A program made the translations under genes and the position numbers. This document shows positions 1 to 12,400 of a stretch of 64,000 nucleotides of DNA, piece after piece (position 1 is the stretch's first letter; each line of letters begins with the position of its first letter). The notes beneath the pieces are model-generated. The model made no database searches. It saw nothing but the letters and a program-made list of their open reading frames with translations, and was not told the DNA's origin. Source of the stretch: Auanema rhodensis (lineage: Eukaryota > Animalia > Nematoda); contig OZ059898.1 in assembly GCA_964057225.1 (NCBI GenBank), positions 19,778,001-19,842,000 on the forward strand. Direction: 5' to 3'.

Positions 1-26
1 TTACTTTTTGCTAAATTATTCTGAAA

Positions 27-51
27 TTTTTCGAAAAAATTTTTGTCAAAA
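27..51. repeat. Cluster of overlapping A/T-tract palindromes within each monomer (representative copy)
   Basis: tttttcgaaaaa (27-38), aaaaattttt (35-44), ttttg-t-caaaa (41-51). Confidence 0.8.
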
Positions 52-67
52 TGTTTTTGGAAGCAAG

Positions 68-91
68 GTTGAGTGTACTTGGAAACTCAAC
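68..91. repeat. 7-bp inverted repeat with 10-nt loop within each monomer (representative copy)
   Basis: gttgagt (68-74) / actcaac (85-91). It extends to 9 bp in 'aatgttgag' variant copies (e.g. near 2521). Confidence 0.85.
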
Positions 92-176
92 ATACACTAA
101 TGCATTATTTTTCAAACGATCATAACTAATTTTTGTATTAAGCGTTTCTCAATGTAGTATAGTGCATTCGATGCGG

Positions 177-227
177 ATTTTTAAGCTGCGTCGATCTGTG
201 TTATCAGATTTGCGCTAGCTTAAAAAT
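177..227. repeat. Long imperfect inverted repeat within each monomer (representative copy)
   Basis: atttttaagct (177-187) / agcttaaaaat (217-227) is a perfect 11-bp pair. Inner pairs are gcg(188-190)/cgc(213-215) and atctg(194-198)/cagat(205-209), with a 6-nt loop tgttat. Confidence 0.95.
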
Positions 228-244
228 GCACCGAGATATCAACT

Positions 245-266
245 GATATAAGTTCACACTTATATC
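245..266. repeat. Perfect 9-bp inverted repeat with 4-nt loop within each monomer (representative copy)
   Basis: gatataagt (245-253) tcac acttatatc (258-266), flanked by cgag(232-235)/ctcg(267-270). Confidence 0.95.
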
Positions 267-325
267 CTCGATTTTCACCCTGAAGAATTAATTTTTTCGT
301 TGAATAACATTGTCCATCGTCTTTG

Positions 326-419
326 CCTTGAAAAAAGGAATCTAAAAACATCTAATTTTTGCTAAATTATCTTGAAATTTTTCGAAAAAATTTTTGTCAA
401 AATGTTTTTGGAAGCAAGG
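326..419. repeat. Imperfect inverted repeat pair spanning the monomer junction (TIR-like; representative copy)
   Basis: tctaaaaacat (341-351) vs atgtttttgga (402-412) is 10/11 complementary. The outer pair is ccttg (326-330) / caagg (415-419). Confidence 0.7.
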
Positions 420-3400
420 TTGAGTGTACATGGAAACTCAACATACACTAATGCATTATTTTTCAAACGATCATAACTAATTTTTGTATTAAGCGTTTCT
501 CAATGTAGTATAGTGCATTCGATGCGGATTTTTAAGCTGCGTCGATCTGTGTTATCAGATTTGCGCTAGCTTAAAAATGCACCGAGATATCAACTGATAT
601 AAGTTCACACTTATATCCTCGATTTTCACCCTGAAGAATTAATTTTTTCGTTGAATAACATTGTCCATCGTCTTTGCCTTGAAAAAAGGAATCTAAAAAC
701 ATCTAATTTTTGCTAAATTATTTTGAAATTTTTCGAAAAAATTTTTGTCAAAATGTTTTTGGAAGCAAGGTTGAGTGTACATGGAAACTCAACATACACT
801 AATGCATTATTTTTCAAACGATCATAACTAATTTTTGTATTAAGCGTTTTTCAATGTAGTATAGTGCATTCGATGCGGATTTTTAAGCTGCGTCGATCTG
901 TGTTATCAGATTTGCGCTAGCTTAAAAATGCACCGAGATATCAACTGATATAAGTTCACACTTATATCCTCGATTTTCACCCTGAAGAATTAATTTTTTC
1001 GTTGAATAACATTGTCCATCGTCTTTGCCTTGAAAAAAGGAATCTAAAAACATCTACTTTTTGCTAAATTATTTTGAAATTTTTCGAAAAAATTTTTGTC
1101 AAAATGTTTTTGGAAGCAAGGTTGAGTGTACATGGAAACTCAACATACACTAATGCATTATTTTTCAAACGATCATAACTAATTTTTGTATTAAGCGTTT
1201 CTCAGTGTAGTATAGTGCATTCGATGCGGATTTTTAAGCTGCGTCGATCTGTGTTATCAGATTTGCGCTAGCTTAAAAATGCACCGAGATATCAACTGAT
1301 ATAAGTTCACACTTATATCCTCGATTTTCACCCTGAAGAATTAATTTTTTCGTTGAATAACATTGTCCATCGTCTTTGCCTTGTAAAAAGGAATCTAAAA
1401 ACATTTACTTTTTGCTAAATTATTCAGAAATTTTTCGAAAAAATTTTTGTCAAAATGTTTTTGGAAGCAAGGTTGAGTGTACTTGGAAACTCAACATACA
1501 CTAATGCATTATTTTTCAAACGATCATAACTAATTTTTTATTAAGCGTTTCTCAATGTAGTATAGTGCATTCGATGCGGATTTTTAAGCTGCGTCGATCT
1601 GTGTTATCAGATTTGCGCTAGCTTAAAAATGCACCGAGACATCAACTGATATAAGTTCACACTTATATCCTCGATTTTCACCCTGAAGAATTAATTTTTT
1701 CGTTGAATAACATTGTCCATCGTCTTTGCCTTGTAAAAAGGAATCTAAAAACATTTACTTTTTGCTAAATTATTCTGAAATTTTTCGAAAAAATTTTTGT
1801 CAAAATGTTTTTGGAAGCAAGGTTGAGTGTACTTGGAAACTCAACATACACTAATGCATTATTTTTCAAACGATCATAACTAATTTTTGTATTAAGCGTT
1901 TTTCAATGTAGTATAGTGCATTCGATGCGGATTTTTAAGCTGCGTCGATCTGTGTTATCAGATTTGCGCTAGCTTAAAAATGCACCGAGATATCAACTGA
2001 TATAAGTTCACACTTATATCCTCGATTTTCACCCTGAAGAATTAATTTTTTCGTTGAATAACATTGTCCATCGTCTTTGCCTTGTAAAAAGGAATCTAAA
2101 AACATCTACTTTTTGCTAAATTATTCTGAAATTTTTCGAAAAAATTTTTGTCAAAATGTTTTTGGAAGCAAGGTTGAGTGTACATGGAAACTCAACATAC
2201 ACTAATGCATCATTTTTCAAACAATCATAACTAATTTTTGTATTAAGCGTTTCTCAATGTAATATAGTGCATTCGATGCGGATTTTTAAGCTGCGTCGAT
2301 CTGTGTTATCGGATTTTCGCTAGCTTAAAAATGCACCGAGATATCAACTGATATAAGTTCACACTTATATCCTCGATTTTCACCCTGAAGAATTAATTTT
2401 TTCGTTGAATAACATTGTCCATCGTCTTTGCCTTGAAAAAAGGAATCTAAAAACATCTACTTTTTGCTAAATTATTTTGAAATTTTTCGAAAAAATTTTT
2501 GTCAAAATGTTTTTGGAAGCAATGTTGAGTGTACATGGAAACTCAACATACACTAATGCATCATTTTTCAAACAATCATAACTAATTTTTGTATTAAGCG
2601 TTTCTCAATGTAATATAGTGCATTCGATGCGGATTTTTAAGCTGCGTCGATCTGTGTTATCGGATTTTCGCTAGCTTAAAAATGCACCGAGATATCAACT
2701 GATATAAGTTCACACTTATATCCTCGATTTTCACCCTGAAGAATTAATTTTTTCGTTGAATAACATTGTCCATCGTCTTTGCCTTGTAAAAAGGAATCTA
2801 AAAACATCTACTTTTTGCTAAATTATTTTGAAATTTTTCGAAAAAATTTTTGTCAAAATGTTTTTGGAAGCAAGGTTGAGTGTACTTGGAAACTCAACAT
2901 ACACTAATGCATTATTTTTCAAACGATCATAACTAATTTTTGTATTAAGCGTTTCTCAATGTAGTATAGTGCATTCGATGCGGATTTTTAAGCTGCGTCG
3001 ATCTGTGTTATCAGATTTGCGCTAGCTTAAAAATGCACCGAGATATCAACTGATATAAGTTCACACTTATATCCTCGATTTTCACCCTGAAGAATTAATT
3101 TTTTCGTTGAATAACATTGTCCATCGTCTTTGCCTTGAAAAAAGGAATCTAAAAACATCTACTTTTTGCTAAATTATTTTGAAATTTTTCGAAAAAATTT
3201 TTGTCAAAATGTTTTTGGAAGCAAGGTTGAGTGTACTTGGAAACTCAACATACACTAATGCATTATTTTTCAAACGATCATAACTAATTTTTGTATTAAG
3301 CGTTTCTCAATGTAGTATAGTGCATTCGATGCGGATTTTCAAGCTGCGTCGATCTGTGTTATCAGATTTGCGCTAGCTTAAAAATGCACCGAGATATCAA

Positions 3401-6400
3401 CTGATATAAGTTCACACTTATATCCTCGATTTTCACCCTGAAGAATTAATTTTTTCGTTGAATAACATTGTCCATCGTCTTTGCCTTGAAAAAAGGAATC
3501 TAAAAACATCTACTTTTTGCTAAATTATTTTGAAATTTTTCGAAAAAATTTTTGTCAAAATGTTTTTGGAAGCAATATTGAGTGTACATGGAAACTCAAC
3601 ATACACTAATGCATTATTTTTCAAACGATCATAACTAATTTTTGTATTAAGCGTTTCTCAATGTAGTATAGTGCACTCGATGCGGATTTTTAAGCTGCGT
3701 CGATCTGTGTTATCAGATTTGCGCTAGCTTAAAAATGCACCGAGATATCAACTGATATAAGTTCACACTTATATCCTCGATTTTCACCCTGAAGAATTAA
3801 TTTTTTCGTTGAATAACATTGTCCATCGTCTTTGCCTTGAAAAAAGGAATCTAAAAACATCTACTTTTTGCTAAATTATTTTGAAATTTTTCGAAAAAAT
3901 TTTTGTCAAAATGTTTTTGGAAGCAAGGTTGAGTGTACATGGAAACTCAACATACACTAATGCATTATTTTTCAAACGATCATAACTAATTTTTGTATTA
4001 AGCGTTTCTCAATGTAGTATAGTGCATTCGATGCGGATTTTTAAGCTGCGTCAATCTGTGTTATCAGATTTGCGCTAGCTTAAAAATGCACCGAGATATC
4101 AACTGATATAAGTTCACACTTATATCCTCGATTTTCACCCTGAAGAATTAATTTTTTCGTTGAATAACATTGTCCATCGTCTTTGCCTTGTAAAAAGGAA
4201 TCTAAAAACATCTACTTTTTGCTAAATTATTTTGAAATTTTTCGAAAAAATTTTTGTCAAAATGTTTTTGGAAGCAAGGTTGAGTGTACATGGAAACTCA
4301 ACATACACTAATGCATCATTTTTCAAACAATCATAACTAATTTTTGTATTAAGCGTTTCTCAATGTAATATAGTGCATTCGATGCGGATTTTTAAGCTGC
4401 GTCGATCTGTGTTATCGGATTTTCGCTAGCTTAAAAATGCACCGAGATATCAACTGATATAAGTTCACACTTATATCCTCGATTTTCTCCCTGAAGAATT
4501 AATTTTTTCGTTGAATAACATTGTCCATCGTCTTTGCCTTGTAAAAAGGAATCTAAAAACATTTACTTTTTGCTAAATTATTCTGAAATTTTTCGAAAAA
4601 ATTTTTGTCAAAATGTTTTTGGAAGCAAGGTTGAGTGTACTTGGAAACTCAACATACACTAATGCATTATTTTTCAAACGATCATAACTAATTTTTGTAT
4701 TAAGCGTTTCTCAATGTAGTATAGTGCATTCGATGCGGATTTTTAAGCTGCGTCGATCTGTGTTATCAGATTTGCGCTAGCTTAAAAATGCACCGAGATA
4801 TCAACTGATATAAGTTCACACTTATATCCTCGATTTTCACCCTGAAGAATTAATTTTTTCGTTGAATAACATTGTCCATCGTCTTTGCCTTGAAAAAAGG
4901 AATCTAAAAACATCTACTTTTTGCTAAATTATTTTGAAATTTTTCGAAAAAATTTTTGTCAAAATGTTTTTGGAAGCAAGGTTGAGTGTACATGGAAACT
5001 CAACATACACTAATGCATTATTTTTCAAACGATCATAACTAATTTTTGTATTAAGCGTTTTTCAATGTAGTATAGTGCATTCGATGCGGATTTTTAAGCT
5101 GCGTCGATCTGTGTTATCAGATTTGCGCTAGCTTAAAAATGCACCGAGATATCAACTGATATAAGTTCACACTTATATCCTCGATTTTCACCCTGAAGAA
5201 TTAATTTTTTCGTTGAATAACATTGTCCATCGTCTTTGCCTTGAAAAAAGGAATCTAAAAACATCTACTTTTTGCTAAATTATTTTGAAATTTTTCGAAA
5301 AAATTTTTGTCAAAATGTTTTTGGAAGCAAGGTTGAGTGTACATGGAAACTCAACATACACTAATGCATTATTTTTCAAACGATCATAACTAATTTTTGT
5401 ATTAAGCGTTTCTCAATGTAGTATAGTGCATTCGATGCGGATTTTTAAGCTGCGTCGATCTGTGTAATCAGATTTGCGTTAGCTTAAAAATGCACCGAGA
5501 TATCAACTGATATAAGTTCACACTTATATCCTCGATTTTCACCCTGAAGAATTAATTTTTTCGTTGAATAACATTGTCCATCGTCTTTGCCTTGTAAAAA
5601 GGAATCTAAAAACATCTATTTTTTGCTAAATTATTTTGAAATTTTTCGAAAAAATTTTTGTCAAAATGTTTTTGGAAGCAAGGTTGAGTGTACTTGGAAA
5701 CTCAACATACACTAATGCATTATTTTTCAAACGATCATAACTAATTTTTGTATTAAGCGTTTCTCAATGTAGTATAGTGCATTCGATGCGGATTTTTAAG
5801 CTGCGTCGATCTGTGTTATCAGATTTGCGCTAGCTTAAAAATGCACCGAGATATCAACTGATATAAGTTCACACTTATATCCTCGATTTTCACCCTGAAG
5901 AATTAATTTTTTCGTTGAATAACATTGTCCATCGTCTTTGCCTTGAAAAAAGGAATCTAAAAACATTTACTTTTTGCTAAATTATTTTGAAATTTTTTGA
6001 AAAAATTTTTGTCAAAATGTTTTTGGAAGCAAGGTTGAGTGTACATGGAAACTCAACATACACTAATGCATTATTTTTCAAACGATCATAACTAATTTTT
6101 GTATTAAGCGTTTTTCAATGTAGTATAGTGCACTCGATGCGGATTTTTAAGCTGCGTCGATCTGTGTTATCAGATTTGCGCTAGCTTAAAAATGCACCGA
6201 GATATCAACTGATATAAGTTCACACTTATATCCTCGATTTTCACCCTGAAGAATTAATTTTTTCGTTGAATAACATTGTCCATCGTCTTTGCCTTGAAAA
6301 AAGGAATCTAAAAACATTTACTTTTTGCTAAATTATTTTGAAATTTTTTGAAAAAATTTTTGTCAAAATGTTTTTGGAAGCAAGGTTGAGTGTACATGGA

Positions 6401-9400
6401 AACTCAACATACACTAATGCATTATTTTTCAAACGATCATAACTAATTTTTGTATTAAGCGTTTTTCAATGTAGTATAGTGCACTCGATGCGGATTTTTA
6501 AGCTGCGTCGATCTGTGTTATCAGATTTGCGCTAGCTTAAAAATGCACCGAGATATCAACTGATATAAGTTCACACTTATATCCTCGATTTTCACCCTGA
6601 AGAATTAATTTTTTCGTTGAATAACATTGTCCATCGTCTTTGCCTTGAAAAAAGGAATCTAAAAACATTTACTTTTTGCTAAATTATTTTGAAATTTTTT
6701 GAAAAAATTTTTGTCAAAATGTTTTTGGAAGCAAGGTTGAGTGTACATGGAAACTCAACATACACTAATGCATTATTTTTCAAACGATCATAACTAATTT
6801 TTGTATTAAGCGTTTCTCAATGTAGTATAGTGCATTTGATGCGGATTTTTAAGCTGCGTCGATCTGTGTTATCAGATTTGCGCTAGCTTAAAAATGCACC
6901 GAGATATCAACTGATATAAGTTCACACTTATATCCTCGATTTTCACCCTGAAGAATTAATTTTTTCGTTGAATAACATTGTCCATCGTCTTTGCCTTGAA
7001 AAAAGGAATCTAAAAACATTTACTTTTTGCTAAATTATTTTGAAATTTTTTGAAAAAATTTTTGTCAAAATGTTTTTGGAAGCAAGGTTGAGTGTACATG
7101 GAAACTCAACATACACTAATGCATTATTTTTCAAACGATCATAACTAATTTTTGTATTAAGCGTTTTTCAATGTAGTATAGTGCACTCGATGCGGATTTT
7201 TAAGCTGCGTCGATCTGTGTTATCAGATTTGCGCTAGCTTAAAAATGCACCGAGATATCCACTGATATAAGTTCACACTTATATCCTCGATTTTCACCCT
7301 GAAGAATTAATTTTTTCGTTGAATAACATTGTCCATCGTCTTTGCCTTGAAAAAAGGAATCTAAAAACATCTACTTTTTGCTAAATTATTTTGAAATTTT
7401 TCGAAAAAATTTTTGTCAAAATGTTTTTGGAAGCAAGGTTGAGTGTACTTGGAAACTCAACATACACTAATGCATTATTTTTCAAACGATCATAACTAAT
7501 TTTTGTATTAAGCGTTTCTCAATGTAGTATAGTGCATTCGATGCGGATTTTCAAGCTGCGTCGATCTGTGTTATCAGATTTGCGCTAGCTTAAAAATGCA
7601 CCGAGATATCAACTGATATAAGTTCACACTTATATCCTCGATTTTCACCCTGAAGAATTAATTTTTTCGTTGAATAACATTGTCCATCGTCTTTGCCTTG
7701 AAAAAAGGAATCTAAAAACATCTACTTTTTGCTAAATTATTTTGAAATTTTTCGAAAAAATTTTTGTCAAAATGTTTTTGGAAGCAATATTGAGTGTACA
7801 TGGAAACTCAACATACACTAATGCATTATTTTTCAAACGATCATAACTAATATTTGTATTAAGCGTTTTTCAATGTAGTATAGTGCACTCGATGCGGATT
7901 TTTAAGCTGCGTCGATCTGTGTTATCAGATTTGCGCTAGCTTAAAAATGCACCGAGATATCAACTGATATAAGTTCACACTTATATCCTCGATTTTCACC
8001 CTGAAGAATTGATTTTTTCGTTGAATAACATTGTCCATCGTCTTTGCCTTGAAAAAAGGAATCTAAAAACATCTACTTTTTGCTAAATTATTTTGAAATT
8101 TTTTGAAAAAATTTTTGTCAAAATGTTTTTGGAAGCAAGGTTGAGTGTACATGGAAACTCAACATACACTAATGCATTATTTTTCAAACGATCATAACTA
8201 ATTTTTGTATTAAGCGTTTTTCAATGTAGTATAGTGCACTCGATGCGGATTTTTAAGCTGCGTCGATCTGTGTTATCAGATTTGCGCTAGCTTAAAAATG
8301 CACCGAGATATCAACTGATATAAGTTCACACTTATATCCTCGATTTTCACCCTGAAGAATTAATTTTTTCGTTGAATAACATTGTCCATCGTCTTTGCCT
8401 TGAAAAAAGGAATCTAAAAACATTTACTTTTTGCTAAATTATTTTGAAATTTTTTGAAAAAATTTTTGTCAAAATGTTTTTGGAAGCAAGGTTGAGTGTA
8501 CATGGAAACTCAACATACACTAATGCATTATTTTTCAAACGATCATAACTAATTTTTGTATTAAGCGTTTCTCAATGTAGTATAGTGCATTCGATGCGGA
8601 TTTTTAAGCTGCGTCGATCTGTGTTATCAGATTTGCGCTAGCTTAAAAATGCACCGAGATATCAACTGATATAAGTTCACACTTATATCCTCGATTTTCA
8701 CCCTGAAGAATTAATTTTTTCGTTGAATAACATTGTCCATCGTCTTTGCCTTGAAAAAAGGAATCTAAAAACATTTACTTTTTGCTAAATTATTTTGAAA
8801 TTTTTTGAAAAAATTTTTGTCAAAATGTTTTTGGAAGCAAGGTTGAGTGTACATGGAAACTCAACATACACTAATGCATTATTTTTCAAACGATCATAAC
8901 TAATTTTTGTATTAAGCGTTTTTCAATGTAGTATAGTGCACTCGATGCGGATTTTTAAGCTGCGTCGATCTGTGTTATCAGATTTGCGCTAGCTTAAAAA
9001 TGCACCGAGATATCAACTGATATAAGTTCACACTTATATCCTCGATTTTCACCCTGAAGAATTAATTTTTTCGTTGAATAACATTGTCCATCGTCTTTGC
9101 TTTGAAAAAAGGAATCTAAAAACATTTACTTTTTGCTAAATTATTTTGAAATTTTTTGAAAAAATTTTTGTCAAAATGTTTTTGGAAGCAAGGTTGAGTG
9201 TACATGGAAACTCAACATACACTAATGCATTATTTTTCAAACGATCATAACTAATTTTTGTATTAAGCGTTTTTCAATGTAGTATAGTGCACTCGATGCG
9301 GATTTTTAAGCTGCGTCGATCTGTGTTATCAGATTTGCGCTAGCTTAAAAATGCACCGAGATATCAACTGATATAAGTTCACACTTATATCCTCGATTTT

Positions 9401-12400
9401 CACCCTGAAGAATTAATTTTTTCGTTGAATAACATTGTCCATCGTCTTTGCCTTGAAAAAAGGAATCTAAAAACATTTACTTTTTGCTAAATTATTTTGA
9501 AATTTTTTGAAAAAATTTTTGTCAAAATGTTTTTGGAAGCAAGGTTGAGTGTACATGGAAACTCAACATACACTAATGCATTATTTTTCAAACGATCATA
9601 ACTAATTTTTGTATTAAGCGTTTCTCAATGTAGTATAGTGCATTTGATGCGGATTTTTAAGCTGCGTCGATCTGTGTTATCAGATTTGCGCTAGCTTAAA
9701 AATGCACCGAGATATCAACTGATATAAGTTCACACTTATATCCTCGATTTTCACCCTGAAGAATTAATTTTTTTGTTGAATAACATTGTCCATCGTCTTT
9801 GCCTTGAAAAAAGGAATCTAAAAACATTTACTTTTTGCTAAATTATTTTGAAATTTTTTGAAAAAATTTTTGTCAAAATGTTTTTGGAAGCAAGGTTGAG
9901 TGTACATGGAAACTCAACATACACTAATGCATTATTTTTCAAACGATCATAACTAATTTTTGTATTAAGCGTTTTTCAATGTAGTATAGTGCACTCGATG
10001 CGGATTTTTAAGCTGCGTCGATCTGTGTTATCAGATTTGCGCTAGCTTAAAAATGCACCGAGATATCCACTGATATAAGTTCACACTTATATCCTCGATT
10101 TTCACCCTGAAGAATTAATTTTTTCGTTGAATAACATTGTCCATCGTCTTTGCCTTGAAAAAAGGAATCTAAAAACATCTACTTTTTGCTAAATTATTTT
10201 GAAATTTTTCGAAAAAATTTTTGTCAAAATGTTTTTGGAAGCAAGGTTGAGTGTACTTGGAAACTCAACATACACTAATGCATTATTTTTCAAACGATCA
10301 TAACTAATTTTTGTATTAAGCGTTTCTCAATGTAGTATAGTGCATTCGATGCGGATTTTCAAGCTGCGTCGATCTGTGTTATCAGATTTGCGCTAGCTTA
10401 AAAATGCACCGAGATATCAACTGATATAAGTTCACACTTATATCCTCGATTTTCACCCTGAAGAATTAATTTTTTCGTTGAATAACATTGTCCATCGTCT
10501 TTGCCTTGAAAAAAGGAATCTAAAAACATCTACTTTTTGCTAAATTATTTTGAAATTTTTCGAAAAAATTTTTGTCAAAATGTTTTTGGAAGCAATATTG
10601 AGTGTACATGGAAACTCAACATACACTAATGCATTATTTTTCAAACGATCATAACTAATTTTTGTATTAAGCGTTTTTCAATGTAGTATAGTGCACTCGA
10701 TGCGGATTTTTAAGCTGCGTCGATCTGTGTTATCAGATTTGCGCTAGCTTAAAAATGCACCGAGATATCAACTGATATAAGTTCACACTTATATCCTCGA
10801 TTTTCACCCTGAAGAATTAATTTTTTCGTTGAATAACATTGTCCATCGTCTTTGCCTTGAAAAAAGGAATCTAAAAACATCTACTTTTTGCTAAATTATT
10901 TTGAAATTTTTTGAAAAAATTTTTGTCAAAATGTTTTTGGAAGCAATATTGAGTGTACATGGAAACTCAACATACACTAATGCATTATTTTTCAAACGAT
11001 CATAACTAATTTTTGTATTAAGCGTTTTTCAATGTAGTATAGTGCACTCGATGCGGATTTTCAAGCTGCGTCGATCTGTGTTATCAGATTTGCGCTAGCT
11101 TAAAAATGCACCGAGATATCAACTGATATAAGTTCACACTTATATCCTCGATTTTCACCCTGAAGAATTAATTTTTTCGTTGAATAACATTGTCCATCGT
11201 CTTTGCCTTGAAAAAAGGAATCTAAAAACATCTACTTTTTGCTAAATTATTTTGAAATTTTTCGAAAAAATTTTTGTCAAAATGTTTTTGGAAGCAATAT
11301 TGAGTGTACATGGAAACTCAACATACACTAATGCATTATTTTTCAAACGATCATAACTAATTTTTGTATTAAGCGTTTTTCAATGTAGTATAGTGCACTC
11401 GATGCGGATTTTTAAGCTGCGTCGATCTGTGTTATCAGATTTGCGCTAGCTTAAAAATGCACCGAGATATCAACTGATATAAGTTCACACTTATATCCTC
11501 GATTTTCACCCTGAAGAATTAATTTTTTCGTTGAATAACATTGTCCATCGTCTTTGCCTTGAAAAAAGGAATCTAAAAACATCTACTTTTTGCTAAATTA
11601 TTTTGAAATTTTTTGAAAAAATTTTTGTCAAAATGTTTTTGGAAGCAAGGTTGAGTGTACATGGAAACTCAACATACACTAATGCATTATTTTTCAAACG
11701 ATCATAACTAATTTTTGTATTAAGCGTTTTTCAATGTAGTATAGTGCACTCGATGCGGATTTTTAAGCTGCGTCGATCTGTGTTATCAGATTTGCGCTAG
11801 CTTAAAAATGCACCGAGATATCAACTGATATAAGTTCACACTTATATCCTCGATTTTCACCCTGAAGAATTAATTTTTTCGTTGAATAACATTGTCCATC
11901 GTCTTTGCCTTGAAAAAAGGAATCTAAAAACATTTACTTTTTGCTAAATTATTTTGAAATTTTTTGAAAAAATTTTTGTCAAAATGTTTTTGGAAGCAAG
12001 GTTGAGTGTACATGGAAACTCAACATACACTAATGCATTATTTTTCAAACGATCATAACTAATTTTTGTATTAAGCGTTTCTCAATGTAGTATAGTGCAT
12101 TTGATGCGGATTTTTAAGCTGCGTCGATCTGTGTTATCAGATTTGCGCTAGCTTAAAAATGCACCGAGATATCAACTGATATAAGTTCACACTTATATCC
12201 TCGATTTTCACCCTGAAGAATTAATTTTTTCGTTGAATAACATTGTTCATCGTCTTTGCCTTGAAAAAAGGAATCTAAAAACATCTACTTTTTGCTAAAT
12301 TATTTTGAAATTTTTCGAAAAAATTTTTGTCAAAATGTTTTTGGAAGCAAGGTTGAGTGTACTTGGAAACTCAACATACACTAATGCATTATTTTTCAAA

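Noticed and set aside
177-266. Hairpins as rho-independent terminators or a Helitron 3' end (CTAG at 215-218)
   Set aside because: There is no gene context, the stems are AT-rich without a correctly placed U-tract, and the CTAG lies inside the stem arm rather than downstream of a GC-rich hairpin.
295-311. CENP-B box-like sequence TTTCGTTGAATAACATT
   Set aside because: It matches the 5' half of YTTCGTTGGAARCGGGA (TTCG and the central A) but entirely lacks the essential CGGG.
269-319. Hammerhead ribozyme/retrozyme-like order: CTGAAGA (280-286) ... GAA(TA)AC-ATT-GTC (302-314) in a viroid-sized tandem unit
   Set aside because: The GAAA core is interrupted, stem II (287-301) cannot pair, and stem I is not contiguous with the core (only cgat 269-272 / atcg 316-319). 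The minus strand has only CTGATAA. An Infernal search with Rfam hammerhead models or an in vitro cleavage assay would be decisive; I expect a negative.
1-351. Monomer length is a multiple of 3 (117 codons): possible giant repetitive ORF
   Set aside because: All six frames are blocked in each monomer. Plus strand: TGA 22-24, TAA 98-100, TAA 12-14. Minus strand: stops from tta/cta 1-3, cta 11-13, tca 87-89.
1-351. Monomer as an ancient dimer of ~175-bp subunits, or assignment to a named ~350-360-bp satellite family
   Set aside because: I see no convincing alignment between the halves beyond short A/T-tract motifs. Similar length and AT content are not enough to name a family without a database search.
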